A model generated the notes under the pieces. The model made no database searches. It saw only the letters and a list, made by a program, of their open reading frames with translations, and was not told the DNA's origin. Shown one piece after another: positions 55,769 to 64,000 of a stretch of DNA of 64,000 bases. Source of the stretch: the human T2T-CHM13v2.0 reference genome, Homo sapiens. The position numbers and the translations under genes were made by a program. How positions within the stretch are numbered: position 1 is the first letter of the stretch; every line of letters begins with the position of its first letter. Location: NCBI RefSeq assembly GCF_009914755.1, contig NC_060928.1, one strand, 5' to 3'.

Positions 55769-57116
55769 TGTCGTGATTTGGGTTCTTTCAAAAGCAGATC
55801 CTGAGACAAGGGTTTGAGTGCAAGTGGGGCTTTGGAGGTGTATTTATCTTTTTAAAAAATTTTTTTTTGTGCCTCTCAGCTCTGAATGGACCCTTTATTA
55901 ATTTATGCTCTGGGACTAACAAAGGCGTGCCTTTGAGCCCGTCTCCTTTAAGTGCGCGCGATGCTAGGCTTCCTCAGTAGAGGGCGCCGGAGGACACCGC
56001 AGCTGGAGGAGGGTTTCCGCCGGTTGTGCGGGGACCGCGGCTCAGTAGTGTGGGTGGACGAGGACAGCGGGTGGAACTGGTCCTTCTGTGACTTTGCAGC
56101 CCCGGCTTGGTGATAATTTTTGTGCAGGCTTCTTGACATGGAAAGCAGAGCTCCCCATTACAGAGTGAGCCTCCGAAGGGCTCCTGCCCTTACCGGTGCC
56201 CTACCCTCCCTTTCCCTGCTTGCTACACTTGGGTCCGGGACTCAGCCTCCCTTTGCAAGCTTCTGCTCGGCCTGTGTGCAGCTGCACTTAGCTGGCAGGG
56301 TCAGGCGTTGAGTAGCCGCTCCGCTCCTTCTGCAGCCTCCTGCAGCCCCCGCCAGCTCCCGGGCTCCATCCCTCACCATCAGTTGCTGATTGGCGCCCCC
56401 TGCGTGCACAACGGAGGCTGGCTGCACCTGGAGGTTCCCAGCAATTCCAGGCCGGCTCCAGCCTAGCCAAAGCAGCTAACTTCTCTGCTGTCTCGTGGGC
56501 TGAACCTCACCGTTTCCCAAGAGGTCTGAATCCTTCTCAAGTTCGTCTTTTCCTAAGTTCTCCCTCGTAGCTCTAGGTTGCTTTGTAGAGTTTCCTTATA
56601 TCTATACTCTTCATTGTAGTTAATGACTCTGTGTTACACTTGTCCTGTTGAACTTACTGTGTAGTTTCTGTCTCTTGACTGGATCAAGGCTCTCACAGGA
56701 GTCAATCCCAGAAAAATGATGAGACAGTAGGGAAGAGAGAAAAGCCAATAAACAGCATGTTAATGAGTAGGTCCCACCTGGGGCTCAGTCGCACTGGTGT
56801 CCCTCTGAGAGTATGGGCACCACACACTTTGGCATTGCCCCAGCAAGGCAAGGGGCAAGCAAGGGAGCTGGGTGTTTATCTCCCAGGCATTGCTTGAGGC
56901 TTGCTCTTGGGAATGGTAGCTCCCTGGAACTTCTGTCCAGCCTGCATATCTGGACTGTGCAGGGGATACTTCTATGGCCAGAAAAAGCCCTTGGGCAGAG
57001 AGAAGCAGGTTCTTGATGCTGAGATGTCTGCGTGCTTGGGAGTTGACCACTGCAGCTGCAGGTGACCTCTGGGGTGGGCCAAGGGGATGTAGGTGGGCAG
57101 TGATACATCTGCTACA
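55769..57116 (-). mobile_element. LTR33-like ERVL LTR split by a nested LTR (pieces 55769-55838 and 56698-57116)
   Basis: GCAGATCCTGAGACAAGGGTTTGAGTGCAAG at one end and GCAGCTGCAGGTGA...GGGCCAAGGGGATGT...CATCTGCTACA at the other. Confidence 0.65.
55839..56697 (+). mobile_element. CpG-rich ERVL-class solo LTR (possibly LTR41/LTR50-like)
   Basis: TG...CA termini; 5-bp TSD GGAGG/GGAGT; ERVL-type 3' end TTACTGTGTAGTTTCTGTCTCTTGACTGGA. Confidence 0.6.
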
Positions 57117-59945
57117 GACATGTTGCAGGATGCAGGGCAGCAGAAGGAAACTGATCAGCTGGCTGCCAATGAATGGCCCAGACTGATTCAAGGGTAAATT
57201 TGCTGGAAGAAGTCCGTTGCAGAAGATCAGATGCTTTCCTGACTGGTGTAATTTAATTGTATGGTCAGTGTTTGCTATGGATAATTGGATTTTTCTTTGA
57301 CCTTCACAATCTTGCTGGCTCTCTGTCCACACTGAAAGACACTTTTCTAACTCTCTCAAATGCAATAAGACTAACCTTGGCTTCCATCAGGAACTCATGG
57401 GCTTGCCATTTCCAGGAGGTGCCGATGGCTGTGGTATCCAACCAGCAAACGGCAGTGGTGTTTGTATTTTCCATTTTGCCCTTTACAAGAACATTTCAGC
57501 TGAAGCAAAAGGCTTTTTCCTTTACCCTGGGTTTTTTAATAGAAATCTTGGTGGCATTAAGCACTTTTAATTCTGAGCACTAGCCGGTAAAGTTCAAAGC
57601 TCTGTTCTGCTCTTGAACACAGCGGATACCAAGGCGAGAGATTCTAATCACAAGGAATACCAGAAAAAAAAAAAATAAGCAGGAGACAAGTTTATTACGA
57701 AGGGTTGTGAACAGTATTTGTGATTAATGTGGAATGAAAAAGGTTATTTCTACATTAAAATCATTCACATTTGCAATAATTTAAACAATTTATCTGGTTT
57801 GCCCAAGTGGGGATGTGTTCTTTCCACATATAACATGCTCAGTGAAGGAAGAACAAGGAAGGTTACGCTGCCCTGAAACATATCTGGGAGAGCTTTTCTG
57901 CTCTGGGAGGATCACCAAGTTATGTTGTTAAGTGACAAAAACAATATCCGGAAGAGTGTCAAACAGCTAATTATTGTGTAAGAAGGAAAAAAAGAAGACT
58001 ACATTAGTCACATTTACTTATATTTATATGAAAAGCTAATAAAAGTAGCTAGGTATACGTAAGGCAGTCAGAAACAAGACTTTTCAATTATAACTTTTAT
58101 ATCATTTTAATTTAAAAGTTACGCTAATATATTTCCTGTTCAAGAAACAAATAACAACATGCCCAGTGGAAAGCATCATCATTGTAATAATGTCCTAAGA
58201 TCATTTTTTATGACCTTTGAAGGTAACTTAGGATAGGAAAATGCATTCCATAAAATTCAGCTGCCTGCACATAGTGAATCCTTTGCAAACCCTCGGAATA
58301 GGCTGAGGGTTTTTATATGACCATGGAATTTTTTTTTTTTTTTTGCATCTTTGCTGCTATTCGCCATCCAGGCAGCAGGGGGAGGTGTTTCTCTGTTTTT
58401 CTTTGCGCCGCCCACGCCTTCTCCCCAACTTCATATGCAAAACTGACCAAGAATTCTCTAATTCAAATCTATGCACGAAAGGCACCACATTTTCTAGATT
58501 CATGTTGTTACTCTCTCATATCCCAAATCTGGGAGACTTGGAGCTTCCAGCAGGCTGCTAATGATTTTTCAAAAGGGGCCGATTGTTGGATTTGCTGGTG
58601 TAAAGTTTGTCCTCCCTCTTCTCTGTGCCCCTCCTTGTCACTCCACTCAGCCTTTATACATCACTTGCCATAATCGAGTCATAGAAAACGAAACTTACAT
58701 TATGGAAATTCACAGCCTTTTTTTTTTTTCCACTTTGTAGATGAGACTCAGGATTTAGAAGGCAAAACAAACAAACAACCAAACAAATAAAAAAGGGATT
58801 TATTTTGGACCTTCATAAATGGTGCCAAAGTAAAAACAAACAAACAAACAAAAGGTAAAAGAGGAAGGGACTGTTAGATGAATGTTTATCTCGGCGCCTG
58901 GTACCATACCTGCCTTACACACTCACAATGCAAGGAAGGGTGTGTCACCAGAGCCATTTTGCTAAGGAGGAGATTAAAGCTCAGAGGGGCTGAGCAACTT
59001 GCCCAAATTTATGTTGCTAGAAAATGATAGAACTGGAATTGGAAGCCAGACTGTATCTAAAGTAGAAACGTTTAAATATTTTCTTCCTATACCACACAAA
59101 ATAAGCAGAAGGCAGTGTCTCTCTCTCTTTTGTCCCTGTCTGCCCCCCACAGTCTCTGTACCTGTTTTCCCACAAGGGTGTACCACCTGCTCCCTACTCC
59201 ACATCGCGTCTATAAAGAGAGAGAAGGAAAAAAGGAAGTCGCTTCAAGAGCTCCCCAAATGCTCAATGGAAGTTGCTCTTTGTTGTACATGGGCAGCGAT
59301 TTCTTTAGAAAAAGTAGTGACGTAGACCTGCCCGAGGTCAGCGATTCCTAGAGCTGTGGACTTGGGGAAGTGCCAGGGAAGCATTATGTTGTTTAAAAAA
59401 TTGTTTTGGAGCATGTGCTTGTGCGTGTGTGTGTTTCTGAGCATATCTGTTTTCTCACAGGAGCTGCCTGGCAATGGTAGCAGGTGAAGGTCATGGTGAA
59501 GAAGATGCAGATATTGGCAATTTGGAGCATTACATGAACTAATTACAACGTTAACCTAAGGAACAGTGGTGAGACCATTTTATCCAAAGTGAAGTTCTTG
59601 AGAGAGATCTTGGGTGGCACCTAGCCTCTGTATTAGATAAAATGGACATCCCTTGGGAGAGAATGTGGCTCTTTTCTATTCTGATTAGGGCAAAAAGAGT
59701 CTCCTTTGATGCCAACATGACCTTAGTGCCTTTAAACATATACTATGCTGCCATTTCCACAGAGAGGGACAAGCAGCAGCTTGGGGTCCTTGGGCAGGCA
59801 GTGTGGCCCAGCCAAAATTTTCTTAGATTGCTTTATTTTCCTTTAATTATGATTACATGTATAGCAAATGATTATGGTTTTCTATTTGTGATAGTGATAA
59901 GGGATGCCTTTTAAATATATGTATTTAAGTAAAAAGGTTAATTTA

Positions 59946-60211
<266 letters not shown>

Positions 60212-60302
60212 TCAATTTAAAGAAAAACCAGTTAAGTGAATGATAGTAATGTGGAGATGTGAAAAAAAGGATGAAAGTGTCACTAAAATAATTCAAATAT
60301 GT

Positions 60303-60596
60303 GGGCTGGGTGCAGCAGTTCACACCTGTAGGCCCAGCCCTTTGGGAGGCCGAGGTGGGTGAATCACTTGAGCCCAGAAGTTCGAGACCAGCCTGGGCAA
60401 CAAAGTGAGACCTTCTCTGTACAAAAAAAATGAACAAAATTAGCCTAGTGTAGTGGTGAGCACATGTAGTCCCAGGTACTTGGGAGGCTGAGATGGGAAG
60501 AGCATTTGAGCCCAGGAGGTTGAGGCTTCAGTGAGCCAAGATTGTGTCACTGCACTCCAGCCTGGGAGACAGAGTGAGACGCTGTCTCAAAAAATA
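60303..60596 (+). mobile_element. AluJ
   Basis: Diverged dimer with TTGAGCCCAGGAGG. Confidence 0.88.
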
Positions 60597-62931
60597 AGGA
60601 AGAATTGAAATATGGGGATATTATTTCATTAGTGGATTAGTTTTCAGCATGTCTTCCATTTCAGACATTTTATAATTCTAATTCCATCATTTGAGAATGA
60701 TGGGAAGATTAGAATCATACAATATTAGAAAAGAAAGGGATAACTGAGTCTGCCCTCCTCATTTTACAGCTGATGAAATGGAAGCTTAGAAAGATGTGAC
60801 TGGTTCAAGGTCACACAGTGTTCTGTTGGCTCACATCCCATTTGTGTGTGTGCATGGGTGTGTGCACACAGGTGTATGTGTGCATGTGTGTTGATGGGAA
60901 TGGGGTAAGGGAGAGAGGAGGAAAGCAGCCTAAATATCGAGCCGCCTGGGCTTTAATGTAATTCAGGTTGTCTTGGCACCACGGAGGGAAAGCGGGAAGA
61001 CAGAGGGGACATTCTTTGAACAAAATGAGAACTCCTAGATAACACGGGGGTGGGGGAATATCCTGAAAATCTAAGTTTCCTGTGCGTGCTACAGCAACAA
61101 GGGTAAGAGCTAGCTGATTTCCCCCAGTAAACACAGCAGTGGCTTTTTGCTGCAGAATGTGGCGTTAAATTCAATAGGTCAGCATTAAGCTTGAACAAAA
61201 TGTGATGACTGATTAGGAAATGAATGGTAAGTCATGGACAGCAGATCCTGATTATGATGATGCTTATCAACACCTCCCTTCCCCACACTGGAACAAACAA
61301 AGCTGCACAATGTCCTTGCAGGCTGACAAAACTGGACCCACATGTGCTGGTCCTGGGACAATTGAATTATGGCTATGACAGTCATCTATGAGGAAATCAG
61401 ATATCAAAGGGAGAAAGGACCCAACGACGCTTCAGGGCCTGTGCTTCTGGGGAGGGGGTACCCCTGCCTCCTCCTCACCGTGAGGTCTGCTCTGAGACCT
61501 GCTTTCCTATTGAGATTACAAAAATGAGATGTAATCCAGGATTAAAGCTCCTCTTTTCAGATGGGTCTAGGGGCCAAATGCATGGCCCAGAGTGGAAACT
61601 TAATATGTTTTTGTGGAATGAATGACCAGAAGCCTGGATAAATCAGTGGGTCTCTCACAGTGCTTGGTGTAGAGCCAGAATTTGATAAGGGTTCATCTCC
61701 TGCTCATCCTCATCCTGTATGAATAAGTCACTCGATGTTTTCAGTGTCATTATTTCTTCATGCCTAAAATTCAGATAAGAAAGTGTTTCTTACAAATAGG
61801 TTATTGGGATATGGGACAAAATGAGTCTGCTGAGTGTGATAGTTGCCTATTCATTCACTCATTAAATCATTCATCCAACGAACTGCTATTTGTTAAGTAC
61901 TTAGTAGGGATGTAACATAGACACCTCCATATAGAGGTCAGTAGTGGGGAAGTCAGATAACAATTATGTGAATAAATAGATAACCGAAATAAAACTTTTA
62001 GAATATCATACATGCTAGAATGAAATAGTAATTAGATAAAAATACTAATGGTAATAATAATGATAAAAGCTAACATTTATTAAATACTATAAGCCACACA
62101 CTGTTTTAAACCTTTACCTGTATTACGCATTTAATCCTTATCAACACCCTATTCTTTCAAAAAATAATAAAGTTATTATTACATTTTATAAAGAGCTGGA
62201 AAGCAATGGGGAGCAGTTGGCATTTTTGACAGTGTGGCCAAGAAAGACTTCCGTGGGAGGTGACAGATAAGCAGGGCTGGAAGTGTTCATTTCTCATGTA
62301 TCTCTAAGATCCATGTTCCTCTCTCCACTCACCCCACCCCTGCACCACGATTGTTTGGTGAAAACCACCATATTGCTCATTGTCATTGCAACTACCTTCT
62401 AACTGGATGCCCTTCTAGCAGCCAGAATGGTGTGAGAGTGACTGGAGGTGCAGACAGGTTGGCTATATGCATTTGGTCCATTTACTTCTCTGCTGACCTT
62501 TCTAGGATGTGGCTTATTGATGTTCCCTGAATTTGAAGACTACATGGTTCAGACTCTGGGATAACATGACATGGAGTAATGACTCACTACCATGTATTCA
62601 CCCAAGGGGAAGCTGGGAGTTTGTCTTTTAAACATTAAGTTATGCCATTTACTGTGGGAATGGGGCAGAAAATGACCCAGTGGTGGAGGCAGAAGCAAGA
62701 ATAACATCAACAAAGGATAAGTTCCACAGCTTTTCACCTCCAATATCCCACCTGGGTCTCCCAACAACCTTGTAAAACTGATTGCTATGCATGTTGCATG
62801 TTTGGGAGATCAGAGAAACAAAGGCTGAGATGCTTCATAAGTTTAGCCAAAGCCATACGGCTAGTGCTTGAGCTTTTTCATAAATAAAGAACCTGTTCAT
62901 TCACCTGACCATAGCCTATGAAGACAGTGTC

Positions 62932-64000
<1,069 letters not shown>

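Noticed and set aside
56760-57365. 201-aa minus-strand ORF
   Set aside because: It mostly overlaps LTR33-like sequence and shows no recognisable protein features.

Overview
Human (primate) genomic DNA, recognisable as the BOD1L1 locus on chromosome 4p. Coding exons 1-10 lie on the minus strand: ATG at 29290, canonical GT-AG junctions, 7954 coding nt in the window, including a 6139-bp exon 10. The gene continues past the left edge. A CpG-island promoter at about 29.0-29.7 kb carries ETS/GABPA motifs and the divergent MIR5091 hairpin. The right half is intergenic: full-length RPL21 and RPL32 processed pseudogenes, many Alus, solo LTRs, DNA-transposon fossils and the 3' end of an L1PA. There is no CRISPR array, rRNA or tRNA, and no second protein-coding gene that I can support. 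I did not find a clearly new multi-gene system. The most interesting unexplained structures are: (1) a cryptic ~37-aa (111-bp) repeat array, preceded by a ~13-aa periodic region, inside BOD1L1 exon 10; (2) four short locally templated duplications, including a near-identical 289-bp copy pasted into an Alu with snap-back junctions and an inverted ~297-bp copy pasted into the RPL32 pseudogene; (3) a CpG-rich nested ERVL LTR with two convergent CTCF-like motifs; (4) an Alu-flanked exon 3-8 block that would give a stop-free circular ORF if back-spliced. Repeat subfamily names come from my recall of consensus sequences, not from a RepeatMasker run.
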